Shown: piece after piece, positions 51,701 to 61,294 of the stretch
Layout of the letters: each line of letters opens with the position of its first letter
Position numbering within the stretch: the first letter of the stretch is position 1
Program-made: the position numbers and the translations under genes
Notes under the pieces: model-generated
What the model was told of the DNA's origin: nothing
The model's input: only the letters and a program-made list of their open reading frames with translations
The model's database searches: none
Source: an uncultured bacterium
Lineage (GTDB): Bacteria; Bacillota_I; Bacilli_A; RFN20; CAG-826
Reading direction: 5' to 3'
DNA length: 64,000 bases
NCBI GenBank assembly: GCA_949299395.1
Contig: CASGAB010000001.1
Span: 8,365 to 72,364, forward strand

Positions 51701-52098
51701 CCACATATGATTTAATAATTGATTTAACTATTAAAAGAGATACTCGTTTTACTTTCCAAGAATTAGCTCATTTAGTTAGAAAAGGGCTAGGACATTTTGG
51801 TTTATTCCTTTTAACTGCATTAAGTGGATCAATCTTCCTCTTCTTTGCTTTTGAAAAATATTTATATCGCTATTTATCTTTAATAGGATATACAGTTACA
51901 GGATTTTTAATTGCTTTAGCTAGTGAAGGAATTCAAGCTTTAACTCCAGGAAGAGGTCCATCATTTAAAGACGTAATGATTGATACCGTTGGCTTTGTTG
52001 TTGGCGTAGGAATTATCCTTGTCACCTTTATAATTATTCATGTTGTTCAAATAATTCTAAATAAGAAAAAGAATAAAAATAACGATAATAATGATTAA
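48763..52098 (+). CDS. Giant VanZ-family membrane protein with an Ig-like extracellular insert of about 950 aa
   Basis: N-terminal TM plus ES..PG..S..QS; C-terminal RKGLGHFGLF, SEGIQ..TPGR..SFKDVMIDTVG. Ig-like segments (YNPVDATYKELTY; FKAVKLGKTSLTI). Start moved to 48763. Confidence 0.8.
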   Translation: MENEVINNSQKDSNKYKKIKNIFKYLSLGVFIIASIVILIESAIPGDISADQSNDITDIVDDNINNNYDKDNIIDIKDIGVTFNNSAVSVDKENNVNVNDVLSYEIGFIPEDTSFKNIKIEASNTEIVKIDEVSKTITFNKEGKTNISFISTENQYDKEETDKDIKKVFTFVVNEIKLLSFDVSLSKNNIDKEDTLYLTNNEKIKLDVSYNPVDATYKELTYSDYDEKLISVDPINNEVKVNDLSKTLGDSYKENEVYKTKLTIKSQKYPSLSETINISISSLYQNEIRNLSLDNSLSNLEFYPSNSNNLLKINYSSYSSFTSFDINKVKINIKNDEENIISSYLVKENNLKENYFVIEFKINENKLKNNSSVLVDISYSNGSFNPRLENINVSLNPLVKLSSSLINTGSTHQNRRMDVYKLNNYDVFYNDLNIDIAYNDSISNKLYKYDISNVSYNLEDPNLFKVKSFNYDKLTLSINKAYLSDNLKDNYYVDVIYNENNDIYRFNIDFNYVNESLNNLDNIYKDLKFNYLERNTASKNILVDDYTYDNILTFNNDLSSYSTKDIDKFFNSYLFNNVNYTVVNNEELTKNGVSILYKNNKINGLKINDVFNNGINLYQNKKINLTLRNNYFDYLNISTFDIKLEIDIKPFYNLNYRVNLDNENIYDSLTGLSNLSINIEKAQSKKLDFVIYSSYLVNNKYEVYKEYNDSSLYKVETPANFASYLYFDINKNLLNGLNEGDTFLIFKSNIDNKSIKININVSYVPLILSFDNLKISLINDAANDIYNVDNTNINNENVYKVALNNDFRVDIDLVNKNEASSSLIDYRIADESIVSYISLSANEFKAVKLGKTSLTISSKIDPSINIVKEIEVVDSTSPFTLNIDELKPLASSFNKKESRYDLTLDYAKSYKFNFVHEYKNVTSTIYNYEYYEYKNSENKLDENTIKSDLLSIDSSNNMTFKDVGKVTLKITNGDKENSISTYDLIIDLTIKRDTRFTFQELAHLVRKGLGHFGLFLLTALSGSIFLFFAFEKYLYRYLSLIGYTVTGFLIALASEGIQALTPGRGPSFKDVMIDTVGFVVGVGIILVTFIIIHVVQIILNKKKNKNNDNND

Positions 52099-52105
52099 AT
52101 TTAAA

Positions 52106-52130
52106 AGCCATCCTTATTATAGGGATGGCT
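52106..52130. terminator. Bidirectional terminator
   Basis: AGCCATCC...GGATGGCT flanked by A and T runs. Confidence 0.78.
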
Positions 52131-52135
52131 ATTTT

Positions 52136-53701
52136 TTATTTATTATTAACTTTATGCATCTCTTCTAAATAATCAGATAAAGATGTATATGTTTTCTTTA
52201 ATTTTGGATAAATTGTTGAATAAACTTTTTTATAAAGATATTCATATTTTTTATTATCTTCTTTATTAGGTTTAAATATCTTTTCATATTTAACCATCGC
52301 TTTTTTAGCATCTTCTGGTCCATTAAATACTTTTAAAGCAATAAATTGAGCCATAGCACAGCCAAGTGAAGAAGCTTCATAATGTTCTGGTTTATAAACT
52401 GGAAGACCTAAAATATCTGCAGTAATTTGACAAATTGCATCACTTTTTGATCCGCCACCGCTAATTGTTACATATTTACAATTAACATGTGCTCTTTTTT
52501 GAATTGATAAGATACCTTCTTTTAAGGCATAACATAAGCCCTCAATAATAGCACGATAAATATGGTATTTATTATGAACATCATCATAGAAACCAATCAT
52601 TGAACCTTTGCCTAAAGGTTTATCAAGTTGAGGTCCCCAATATGGTTGAACAACAAGTCCATCGCTTCCTGGAGGTATATCTAAAACTTTTTGATTTAAG
52701 ACTTCTTCTGGAGCAATTTTTTCAATTGTTGCTTCGGTAACTTCTTCTTTCGCAAATTCTTTAGAGAACCAATTTAACATCCATGCTCCTCTATAAATTT
52801 GAACTTCAGAATTATAATAGCCTGGATAAGCACTTATATATGAAGGTAAAAATCTTACTGGTTCAACATATTTTTTACTAGCTAAGGAAATAGAACAACT
52901 CGTTCCAAAGCTTGCATGAGCTGCATCACTTTCAATTGCTCCAGCCCCTAAACCTTCACAAGATTTATCGTTTCCTGTTCCAATATATTGAAGTCCTTCA
53001 GGTAAACCAGTATCCACGTGGGAAGTTTCTGTTAAATGACCAATAACCCCACCGACTCCATAAATCTTTGGAAGCATTTTTGGATCGATTCCAAAAATAA
53101 TTCCTTTAATATGATTTTTACTATATGGTTTTCCCGTTTTAAAACAAACAGGTGCATGACCAATCATATTTGAAGCAGTATCACCTAAAACACCGAATAA
53201 TCTATAGTTTAAATATGAGTTTAAAGGCGCATAATAATGGGCTTTTTGCCAATTTTCTTTCTCATTTTCTTGAAGCCATAAAGCAGGTGTTCTTTTTCTA
53301 TTTAATCGAACAGTTTCACTCATTCCAACAATCCAAAAAGCAGCTGAATAAATAAAAGGGATTTTCTTTTCTAATTTAGCTTTTCTTTGATCTAACCAAA
53401 TAATTGCTGGACGAATAACCTTATAATCTTTATCTAAAAGTACATAAGTATCTCTAAAACATGTTGAAGAAATTGATGAACATTGATTGACTAAAGTCTT
53501 GTTTTTTCTTACTAATCTTTTTGCTGCTTTACACATCATTTCATAGTAATAATCAGGATTTTGTTCACAATATCCAGGTTTTATTGAGAAATATGGTGGG
53601 TTATATTTTTCTTGCTCGAAAGCTAGAAATTCACCCTTGTCATTAACAACGGAAACTCTAACAGATTGAGTTCCATAGTCTATACATAAAACACAACTCA
53701 T
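52136..53701 (-). CDS. FGGY-family carbohydrate kinase
   Basis: IDYGTQSVR, IIWLDQR, YRAIIEG, SGGGSKS...QITADILG. Confidence 0.9.
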   Translation of the reverse strand: MSCVLCIDYGTQSVRVSVVNDKGEFLAFEQEKYNPPYFSIKPGYCEQNPDYYYEMMCKAAKRLVRKNKTLVNQCSSISSTCFRDTYVLLDKDYKVIRPAIIWLDQRKAKLEKKIPFIYSAAFWIVGMSETVRLNRKRTPALWLQENEKENWQKAHYYAPLNSYLNYRLFGVLGDTASNMIGHAPVCFKTGKPYSKNHIKGIIFGIDPKMLPKIYGVGGVIGHLTETSHVDTGLPEGLQYIGTGNDKSCEGLGAGAIESDAAHASFGTSCSISLASKKYVEPVRFLPSYISAYPGYYNSEVQIYRGAWMLNWFSKEFAKEEVTEATIEKIAPEEVLNQKVLDIPPGSDGLVVQPYWGPQLDKPLGKGSMIGFYDDVHNKYHIYRAIIEGLCYALKEGILSIQKRAHVNCKYVTISGGGSKSDAICQITADILGLPVYKPEHYEASSLGCAMAQFIALKVFNGPEDAKKAMVKYEKIFKPNKEDNKKYEYLYKKVYSTIYPKLKKTYTSLSDYLEEMHKVNNK

Positions 53702-53812
53702 ACGTTAATTATTATATTCTTTTTGATATTTATATCAAATCTCAATTAAAAATGTTATAATCACGTGGTAAGGTTTTGAACCAAACATTTTTTTAGGAGG
53801 AAATATAAGAAA

Positions 53813-56470
53813 ATGGCAAAACAATATGTTTACCTTTTTAAAGATGCATATGGCTTAGGTAAAGAGCTTTTAGGTGGTAAAGGTGCTGGTCTTGCAGAAA
53901 TGACCCACATCGGAGTCCCAATTCCTCAAGGTTTTACAGTTTCAACCGAAGCATGTACTCTTTATTATCAAAGCAATAAATCAATGCCTGATTATTTAAT
54001 TGCTCAAATTGATGAAGGTATTAGAGACGTTGAAAAAGAAACAGGAAAATCATTTGGTGGTGTTGACGCATCAAAAATGCCTTTACTTGTTTCAGTTCGT
54101 TCTGGCGCAAGAGTCTCAATGCCAGGTATGATGGATACAATTTTAAACTTAGGTTTAAATGATGCATCTGTTGAATTATTAGCAAAAGCTAGCGGAAACG
54201 AACGATTTGCTTACGATTCATATCGTAGATTTATCTTAATGTTCACAAACATTGCTAAAGGTCATCCAAGAACTAACATGGATAAAATGTTAGAAGAATT
54301 AAAGGAAACTAAAGGCTATAAAGTTGATAGTGATATCCCAGCTGAAGATTTAAAAGAATTAGTCGCAAAATATAAAGAATATTATAGAAACACATTCGGC
54401 GAAGACTTCCCAAGCGATCCTTATGAACAATTACACGAAGCAGTTACAGCTGTCTTTAGATCCTGGGATAACGATAGAGCAAACGTTTACCGTAAGATGA
54501 ATGGTATTCCTTATGAATGGGGTACAGCAGTTAACGTTCAATCAATGGTTTTCGGTAACTTAAACGATAATTCTGGTACAGGTGTTGCTTTCTCAAGAGA
54601 CCCATCAACAGGTAAAAAAGAAATTTATGCTGAATATTTACCATGTGCACAAGGTGAAGACGTTGTCGCAGGTATTAGAACTCCAATGCATATCGATGAA
54701 TTAAAGAGAAGAATGCCAGATGTCTATGAACAATTCGCAAGAACAATCAAAGACATGGAAGCTCACTATAAAGATATGCAAGATATGGAATACACCGTTG
54801 AAAACGGAAAACTCTATTTCTTACAAACAAGAAATGGTAAGAGAACAGCTCAAGCTTCATTACAAATCGCATTCGACTTATTAGATGAAGGCGTTATCGA
54901 TGAAGAAACCGCAGTTTGTAGAATCGAACCACAATTATTAGATTCACTCTTACACCCAACATTCGATAAGGATGAATTAAAAGCTCATACTCCAGTCGCA
55001 AGTGGTAACCCAGCTTCGCCAGGTGCAGGTGTTGGTAAATTATCATTTGATGCTAAAGATGCTGAAGAAAGACATGCAAACGGCGAAAAAGTCGTCTTAG
55101 TCAGAGCTGAAACATCTCCAGAAGATATCGAAGGTATGGTCGCTGCAGAAGGTATCTTAACTATGAGAGGTGGTATGACTTCTCACGCTGCAGTTGTTGC
55201 TAGAGGTATGGGTAAATGCTGTATTACAGGTTGTAGCGCAGCTATCGTTGATGAAGAAGCAAGAACTTTAACAATTAACGGTAAAGTCTATACTGAAAAC
55301 GATACAATTTCTCTTAACGGTTCAACCGGTGAAGTTTACGAAGGTGCTATTAAATTAGTCGAAGCTGATACATCATCAGGTAACTTCGGTAGATTAATGA
55401 CCTTAGCTAACAAATATAAGAGATTATCAATTAGAACAAATGCCGATACTCCACGTGATGCTATCCAAGCTGCAAAATTCGGTGCTGAAGGTATCGGTTT
55501 ATGTAGAACAGAACACATGTTCTTCGATAAAGATAGAATCTTCCACATGAGAAAAATGATTCTTTCTGACACAGTCGAAGAAAGAGAAGCAGCATTAGCA
55601 GAACTTCTCCCATATCAAAGAGATGACTTCTATGGATTATATATGTCCATGAAAGACTTAAACGAAATCAACGTTAATGTTAGATTACTCGACCCACCTC
55701 TTCACGAATTCTTACCTCAAGAAGAAGATAAGATTCAAGAATTAGCAACTGCTTTAAATAAGAGCGTTCAAGATATTAAAGATAGAATCGCTTACTTACA
55801 TGAATTCAACCCAATGATGGGCCACAGAGGATGTAGATTAGACGTTTCTTATCCAGAAATCGGTAGAATGCAAGCAAGAGCTATCATGGAAGCTGCTATT
55901 AAAGCTAGTGAAGAATTAAAACGTGATATTCAACCAGAAATCATGATCCCATTAACACTTGATATTAAAGAATTCAAATATGTTAAGAAGATTGTTTGTG
56001 AAGAAGCTGAAAAAGTCTTAGCTGAACACAATTCACACTTACATTACCATGTCGGTACTATGATTGAAATTCCACGTGCTGCATTACTCTCAGGTGAAAT
56101 CGCAACTGAAGCTGAATTCTATTCATTCGGTACAAATGACTTAACACAAATGACATTCGGTTTCTCAAGAGATGATGCTTCTAAATTCTTACCAGACTAC
56201 TATAAGAATAAGATCTTAGAATTTGATCCATTCCAAACTGTCGACCAAAAAGGTGTCGGTAAATTAATTAAAATGGCAGTTAAAGATGGTAAAGAAGCTC
56301 GTCCAACACTCTTAACAGGTGTTTGTGGTGAACACGGTGGTGATCCAAGAAGTATTGAATTCTTCAATAGAGTTGGATTAGACTACGTCTCATGTTCTCC
56401 ATTCAGAGTCCCAATCGCAAGATTAGCAGCTGCTCAAGCTGAAATCTTACTCAAAAAGGAAGGTAAATAG
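53813..56470 (+). CDS. ppdK: Pyruvate phosphate dikinase
   Basis: LLGGKGAGLAEM, SVRSGA, GGMTSHAAVVARG, GLCRTEHMF, SFGTNDLTQ, GVCGEHGG. Confidence 0.98.
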   Translation: MAKQYVYLFKDAYGLGKELLGGKGAGLAEMTHIGVPIPQGFTVSTEACTLYYQSNKSMPDYLIAQIDEGIRDVEKETGKSFGGVDASKMPLLVSVRSGARVSMPGMMDTILNLGLNDASVELLAKASGNERFAYDSYRRFILMFTNIAKGHPRTNMDKMLEELKETKGYKVDSDIPAEDLKELVAKYKEYYRNTFGEDFPSDPYEQLHEAVTAVFRSWDNDRANVYRKMNGIPYEWGTAVNVQSMVFGNLNDNSGTGVAFSRDPSTGKKEIYAEYLPCAQGEDVVAGIRTPMHIDELKRRMPDVYEQFARTIKDMEAHYKDMQDMEYTVENGKLYFLQTRNGKRTAQASLQIAFDLLDEGVIDEETAVCRIEPQLLDSLLHPTFDKDELKAHTPVASGNPASPGAGVGKLSFDAKDAEERHANGEKVVLVRAETSPEDIEGMVAAEGILTMRGGMTSHAAVVARGMGKCCITGCSAAIVDEEARTLTINGKVYTENDTISLNGSTGEVYEGAIKLVEADTSSGNFGRLMTLANKYKRLSIRTNADTPRDAIQAAKFGAEGIGLCRTEHMFFDKDRIFHMRKMILSDTVEEREAALAELLPYQRDDFYGLYMSMKDLNEINVNVRLLDPPLHEFLPQEEDKIQELATALNKSVQDIKDRIAYLHEFNPMMGHRGCRLDVSYPEIGRMQARAIMEAAIKASEELKRDIQPEIMIPLTLDIKEFKYVKKIVCEEAEKVLAEHNSHLHYHVGTMIEIPRAALLSGEIATEAEFYSFGTNDLTQMTFGFSRDDASKFLPDYYKNKILEFDPFQTVDQKGVGKLIKMAVKDGKEARPTLLTGVCGEHGGDPRSIEFFNRVGLDYVSCSPFRVPIARLAAAQAEILLKKEGK

Positions 56471-56496
56471 TTAACCTTCCTTTACTAAAGTAATAT

Positions 56497-56529
56497 AGAG
56501 ACCAGGATTTCCTGGTCTCTTTTATTTTT
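56497..56529 (+). terminator. ppdK terminator
   Basis: AGAGACCAGG-ATTT-CCTGGTCTCT followed by a T-rich tail. Confidence 0.85.
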
Positions 56530-56571
56530 CTAACTTTCTATTTATAATTAATTTTATAAAGGATAAACAAT

Positions 56572-56916
56572 ATGAAATATTGTGTATTTTGTGGAAAAAA
56601 AATTAATGATGATAATTTATTTTGTCCATATTGTGGAAATAAACAACCAGAATTAAAAGAAATTTCAGAACAAAATGAAGTTATTAGCGAAAAAAAGAAA
56701 GAATCTAAAACAAGTTTAGTTTTAGGTATTCTTTCAATTATTTTTACTCTTTCTTTAGGATTATCTTTTATCGGTGCAATTTTAGGTATGATTGGTTTAT
56801 TAAAATCTAAAAATGGTGAATATAAAACACTTAACGCGATAGGAATAATTGTTTTTATAGTAGAAGCATTAATTGGATTAATTATTACAATTATTCTTCT
56901 ATGTCTATATGCATAA
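56572..56916 (+). CDS. Zinc-ribbon membrane protein (DUF4190-like)
   Basis: CVFCG...FCPYCG followed by SLVLGILS TM helices; AAGGA RBS. Confidence 0.75.
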   Translation: MKYCVFCGKKINDDNLFCPYCGNKQPELKEISEQNEVISEKKKESKTSLVLGILSIIFTLSLGLSFIGAILGMIGLLKSKNGEYKTLNAIGIIVFIVEALIGLIITIILLCLYA

Positions 56917-56917
56917 G

Positions 56918-56941
56918 AAAAGGCCAAGTAGACGGCCTTTT
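56918..56941. terminator. Bidirectional terminator
   Basis: AAAAGGCC...GGCCTTTT between convergent genes. Confidence 0.65.
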
Positions 56942-57792
56942 TATTTAATTAATTTAGTTAATTCAGTGTGAAAACCTTTAAAATATAATTCTTTTTCTGC
57001 TTTTTTAAGTAGGTTGATATTTTCACTTATTGCATAAATTGTTGAACCGCTTCCACTCATATCAACAATTTCAAATCCATATTCTTTTACGCTGTTATAA
57101 GTTTCAACAATAGAAGGCTGTAAACGTGAAGCTGGTCCATATAAAGAATTAAAAACGTGTTTTCCTGTTTCAATTAAATCACCATTTTTAAAATGTTTTA
57201 AAACCTCATCAACATCTCCATGAACTAAATCATGATTATTTGCTTCTTCAAAAACTTGAGCAGTACTACTTCCAAAAATAGGTTTAACAAGTAATACATA
57301 ATAAGATTTAGGAATATCAATAAATGTTAATTTATCGCCCTTATCTTCAATAATTGCAGGTTTATTATAATATTGAACATAAACATCACTTCCAATCGAA
57401 GAACAAATTTCTTTAATTTCTTCATCACTTGGATGTAATTTTAAGATTTTAATTAATCCTCTTAAAGCAGCTGCTGCATCAGCACTTCCTCCACCAAGTC
57501 CAGCTTGAAGAAAGATATTTTTATGTATTTCAACGTTGAAATGTTCTTCAAAATGCCATTTTTCTCTACAAACTTCAATCATTTTATGAACTAAATTATA
57601 TTTAGAAATACGTAATGAAAAATCATCACAAACAACAAAGTCATCTGGAGTATTCTTTGATAATTTTGAAATATCTAAAGTATCGTGAAGTTCTATAGGA
57701 AGAACTATTGATTTTAAATTGTGATAACCATCTTCTCTTAAACCTAAACAGTCTAAAGAAAGATTAATTTTTGCGTAAGCTTTTACTATCAT
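56941..57792 (-). CDS. ispE: 4-diphosphocytidyl-2-C-methyl-D-erythritol kinase
   Basis: AYAKINLSL, R.DGYH.L, AGLGGGSADAAA, MSGSG. Confidence 0.95.
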   Translation of the reverse strand: MIVKAYAKINLSLDCLGLREDGYHNLKSIVLPIELHDTLDISKLSKNTPDDFVVCDDFSLRISKYNLVHKMIEVCREKWHFEEHFNVEIHKNIFLQAGLGGGSADAAAALRGLIKILKLHPSDEEIKEICSSIGSDVYVQYYNKPAIIEDKGDKLTFIDIPKSYYVLLVKPIFGSSTAQVFEEANNHDLVHGDVDEVLKHFKNGDLIETGKHVFNSLYGPASRLQPSIVETYNSVKEYGFEIVDMSGSGSTIYAISENINLLKKAEKELYFKGFHTELTKLIK

Positions 57793-57803
57793 AATGCCTT
57801 AAA

Positions 57804-58628
57804 TTATAAAGAAATTATTTTAAGATTCAATAATTCCTTAGTTAAATTTATAAAATCATTTACACTTAATTCTTCGGCTCTCATATTTTGTTTTAAAGAG
57901 CAGTTTTGTATGACTTTTTTGATTGTTTCATCATCATTTATCATGGTTTTAAAATTGTTATAAATTGTTTTTCTTCTTAATTTAAATAACGTTTTAGAAA
58001 CCTTTAATAAAGCTAAATTAAATTTATGATCAAAGCCCTCTTTGATAGTCATTTTAAAAACAATACTATCAACGTTTGGAACAGGGAAGAATGAGTTTTT
58101 TGAAACTAAAAATAGCTTTTTAATGTTATATGCATAATTAATTACAACATTTAAAGCGTTATAATCCTTTCCTTTTAAAAAAAGTAAACGACTTAAAGCT
58201 TCGTTTTGAACCATAAAAACACCTTCTTTAAAGTTATTAAAGTGTTTAATGATATGTTCGATAATTTCGGTTGTAATATAATAAGGAAGATTTCCAATTA
58301 TTTTTTCAAATTTATAATCTTTATAATGTAAAAAATTGCCTTTAATAACAGTTAAATTTGTATTTTTTGAATAACAATTATTTAAAAAATTAACAAGTTT
58401 TTGATCATATTCAACCGCAGTAAGATTAATATTTTTTTTAATCAATTCGCCAGTTAAAGCACCTAAACCAGGTCCAATTTCTAAAACTTCTTCTTTTTCA
58501 GTTGTAGATAAAGAAGAAACAATTTCGTTAATAACTTTTTCATCAATCAAAAAGTTTTGGCCGAGTTCTTTTTTAGCATGTGAGTATTCTAAAAGGAAAA
58601 AATCTTTAATTTCATCTTTATTTAACAT
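57804..58628 (-). CDS. rsmA: 16S rRNA dimethyladenosine transferase
   Basis: KELGQNFL, LEIGPGLG, GNLPYYITT, FFPVPNVDS. Confidence 0.96.
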   Translation of the reverse strand: MLNKDEIKDFFLLEYSHAKKELGQNFLIDEKVINEIVSSLSTTEKEEVLEIGPGLGALTGELIKKNINLTAVEYDQKLVNFLNNCYSKNTNLTVIKGNFLHYKDYKFEKIIGNLPYYITTEIIEHIIKHFNNFKEGVFMVQNEALSRLLFLKGKDYNALNVVINYAYNIKKLFLVSKNSFFPVPNVDSIVFKMTIKEGFDHKFNLALLKVSKTLFKLRRKTIYNNFKTMINDDETIKKVIQNCSLKQNMRAEELSVNDFINLTKELLNLKIISL

Positions 58629-59166
58629 CTTTTAAAACCTCCTCAAGTTCTTTTTTACTAATATTTAGCATATTTATTCTTTTTAAGAATGATTTTGAAT
58701 TATTAAAACCAATTTTGAAATATTCAGATAGATATTTGCGTTTTTTAAATGAGTCTTCTTTTCCTGTTAAACCTAAATCATATAAATCTAAAGTGGAAAT
58801 TTTGTTTTTATTATCTGAAATTGGTTCAAAATTCTTTGGGTTAGTTAAAGCAGTTAAAATTTCTTCTTTTGTTGATTCAGCAACTCCTACTTTATGATGT
58901 TTAATAGAAACTTCTTTTCTAATAAATGCATCATGGATTTTTGGGCATTTTTCCTTAATTTTATTCCTTATTTGTATTCCAGGAAAATCTGGATCAGTCA
59001 ATACTATTACGTTTCCACGTGATAAGTATTCATTAATAAAATTAAAATCTTTTTCTTCGACTGCAGATCCATTAACACTATAAAAATCCGCCTCTATAAA
59101 TGAAGATAAAAAGTCTATATCAGTCTTACCTTCGACTACTATTAAAGCGTTGACTTTAGTCTTCAT
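58618..59166 (-). CDS. rnmV: Ribonuclease M5
   Basis: IVVEGKTD, LTDPDFPG..IR TOPRIM motifs; tatD-rnmV-rsmA synteny. Confidence 0.92.
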   Translation of the reverse strand: MKTKVNALIVVEGKTDIDFLSSFIEADFYSVNGSAVEEKDFNFINEYLSRGNVIVLTDPDFPGIQIRNKIKEKCPKIHDAFIRKEVSIKHHKVGVAESTKEEILTALTNPKNFEPISDNKNKISTLDLYDLGLTGKEDSFKKRKYLSEYFKIGFNNSKSFLKRINMLNISKKELEEVLKDVK

Positions 59167-59944
59167 TTTTGTTTTTCACGTGAAAAATTGAACAAGAATT
59201 TGTGAAAACTTGTTCTTCAAATTGTTTCACATCCATATTTAATAAATTAGCAGCAAAAATCGAAGTATTATTTATGAATTTTGGTTCATTTAATCTTCCT
59301 CTATAAGGCATTGGAGCTAAATAAGGGGCATCAGTTTCTAAAACTATGCTTTCAAGTGGTATTGAAGTCAAAACTTGTTTAGAAACAATACTATTTTTAA
59401 AGGTTAAAACACCACCGAAAGCGATTTTATAGCCAATTTTTACAAATTCTTTAGCCATTTCAACACTTCCTGAATAACAATGCATTACTCCACCTTGTTT
59501 AACAGGATTGTTTTTTAAAATATCAAAAGTATCTTGAATAGCATCTCTACAATGAATTGTAACTGGCAAATTATATTTATTAGCCAATTCAATATGTTTT
59601 AAAAACATTTCTTTTTGTTTTTCTTTGATAGAATCTTCTTTTTCCCAATAATAATCAAGTCCTGTTTCACCAATAGCAACTATTTTTGAAGAAGTTTTTA
59701 ATAATTCTTCGAGTTTTTTGAAATCTTCTTCGTTATACTGTTCATGTTCTGTTGGCATGATTGCAATCGCTGCATATATATAAGGATAAATAGTAGCTAA
59801 TTCGACTGCTTTTTTCGAGGATTCATAATCCCAACCAACACATAAAAATTTAGAAACTCCTTCTTTTAGAGCTTCTTCTAAATAATTATCTAAATTTGAT
59901 AATATTCTCTCTTCATTTAAATGGATATGAGTATCAAAAATCAT
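59156..59944 (-). CDS. tatD: TatD family DNase
   Basis: DTHIH, AIGETGLDY, IHCR, HCYSG, ETDAPYLAP. Confidence 0.94.
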   Translation of the reverse strand: MIFDTHIHLNEERILSNLDNYLEEALKEGVSKFLCVGWDYESSKKAVELATIYPYIYAAIAIMPTEHEQYNEEDFKKLEELLKTSSKIVAIGETGLDYYWEKEDSIKEKQKEMFLKHIELANKYNLPVTIHCRDAIQDTFDILKNNPVKQGGVMHCYSGSVEMAKEFVKIGYKIAFGGVLTFKNSIVSKQVLTSIPLESIVLETDAPYLAPMPYRGRLNEPKFINNTSIFAANLLNMDVKQFEEQVFTNSCSIFHVKNKNED

Positions 59945-59945
59945 A

Positions 59946-61268
59946 TTATTTTCCTACACAGAAACGTGAAAATATCTCTTTCGCAATATCAAAATCATGA
60001 TCTTCACCGGTAATTGATAAAACTTGAAGATACATATCTTTAATATCCGCACTTAAAAGATCAATTGAAATACCATTTTCGTTGTCTTCTTTAACTTTTT
60101 TCATCATTTCCAAGATATTTTTTAATATTCCTAACTCTCTAACACTAGATATCAATGGATTTATATAGTTTTCTTTAGATAAATTTAATTCGTTCATAAT
60201 AGCTTTTTTAAGCGAATCAATTTCTTTATTTAAGGCTGAAATATAAAGATGGTTATCATCTTTTTCACTAATTAAATCAGCTTTATTATTAACAACGATA
60301 TAATGTTTATCTTTAATTAATTCCAAAATTTCTTTATCTTCATCATCAAAAATAGAATTATCAAAAACAGCAATGACTAAATCAGCATCTTGAAGTTTCT
60401 TTTTACTTTTAGAAATACCAATTCCTTCGATTAAATCGTCACTTTCTCTAATTCCGGCTGTATCAAAAAGATTAATAACAACACCGTTTAAAATAAATTT
60501 GCCTTCAACAACGTCTCTTGTTGTTCCTTTTATATCACTAACAATAGCTTTATCTTCATTTAAAAGTGCGTTTAAAATTGATGATTTTCCAACGTTTGGT
60601 TTACCAACAATTGCAACATTAATACCATCTCTAATGATATTACCTTTACTTCCGTTTTTAATTAAATCCTCAATATACACGACATTTTTATTCATTACAT
60701 CCCTGATTTTTTCTTTATTTACTTCTTCTATATCTTCATATTCAGGATAATCAATATTTACTTCAATTAAACTTAATAAATCTCCTAAATCTTGTTTAAT
60801 AGGATTAATTAATTTTGAAGTTGAACCATCTAAAGACATCATTGCAATCTTTTTAGCTTCTTTTGATTCAGAATTAATTAAATCATTAATAGATTCAGCT
60901 TGAATAAGATCCATTTTTCCATTCATATAAGCTCTTGAAGTGAATTCTCCTCCACTTGCAAGACGAGCACCATTTTTAATAGCTAATTCTATAATTTGAT
61001 TAAAAATAATAGGAGAACCATGGGAAATAATTTCTACACTATCTTCTCCAGTAAATGATTTTGGACCCTTATATGCAAGCAAAACTACTTCATCTATTTT
61101 TTCATTATTATCTAATATATATCCATACATGATTGTTGATTTATCAACATCTATTTTTTTAGAGAAAAAAGATGAGCAGATTTTAAAACAATCTTCTCCA
61201 GATAATCTAATAATAGCAAGCGCGCTTCTTAATGCTGGTGTAGCTAATGCAACAATAGTTTCTAACAT
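59946..61268 (-). CDS. mnmE: tRNA modification GTPase MnmE
   Basis: GEFTSRAYMNGKMDL, GKPNVGKSS, GTTRD, DTAG, FSRFCVGK. Confidence 0.97.
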   Translation of the reverse strand: MLETIVALATPALRSALAIIRLSGEDCFKICSSFFSKKIDVDKSTIMYGYILDNNEKIDEVVLLAYKGPKSFTGEDSVEIISHGSPIIFNQIIELAIKNGARLASGGEFTSRAYMNGKMDLIQAESINDLINSESKEAKKIAMMSLDGSTSKLINPIKQDLGDLLSLIEVNIDYPEYEDIEEVNKEKIRDVMNKNVVYIEDLIKNGSKGNIIRDGINVAIVGKPNVGKSSILNALLNEDKAIVSDIKGTTRDVVEGKFILNGVVINLFDTAGIRESDDLIEGIGISKSKKKLQDADLVIAVFDNSIFDDEDKEILELIKDKHYIVVNNKADLISEKDDNHLYISALNKEIDSLKKAIMNELNLSKENYINPLISSVRELGILKNILEMMKKVKEDNENGISIDLLSADIKDMYLQVLSITGEDHDFDIAKEIFSRFCVGK

Positions 61269-61294
61269 ACCTTGATTATATTAAAAAAGGAGAA

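Noticed and set aside
41281-54210. CGA-to-Trp or AGG-to-Met reassignment
   Set aside because: CGA occurs at conserved Arg in ppdK (NERFAY) and exporter B (DWRIA); AGG occurs at the conserved Arg of Mfd (NRF).
56538-56927. Minus-strand 129-aa ORF
   Set aside because: Antisense shadow of the zinc-ribbon membrane gene, which has motifs and an RBS.
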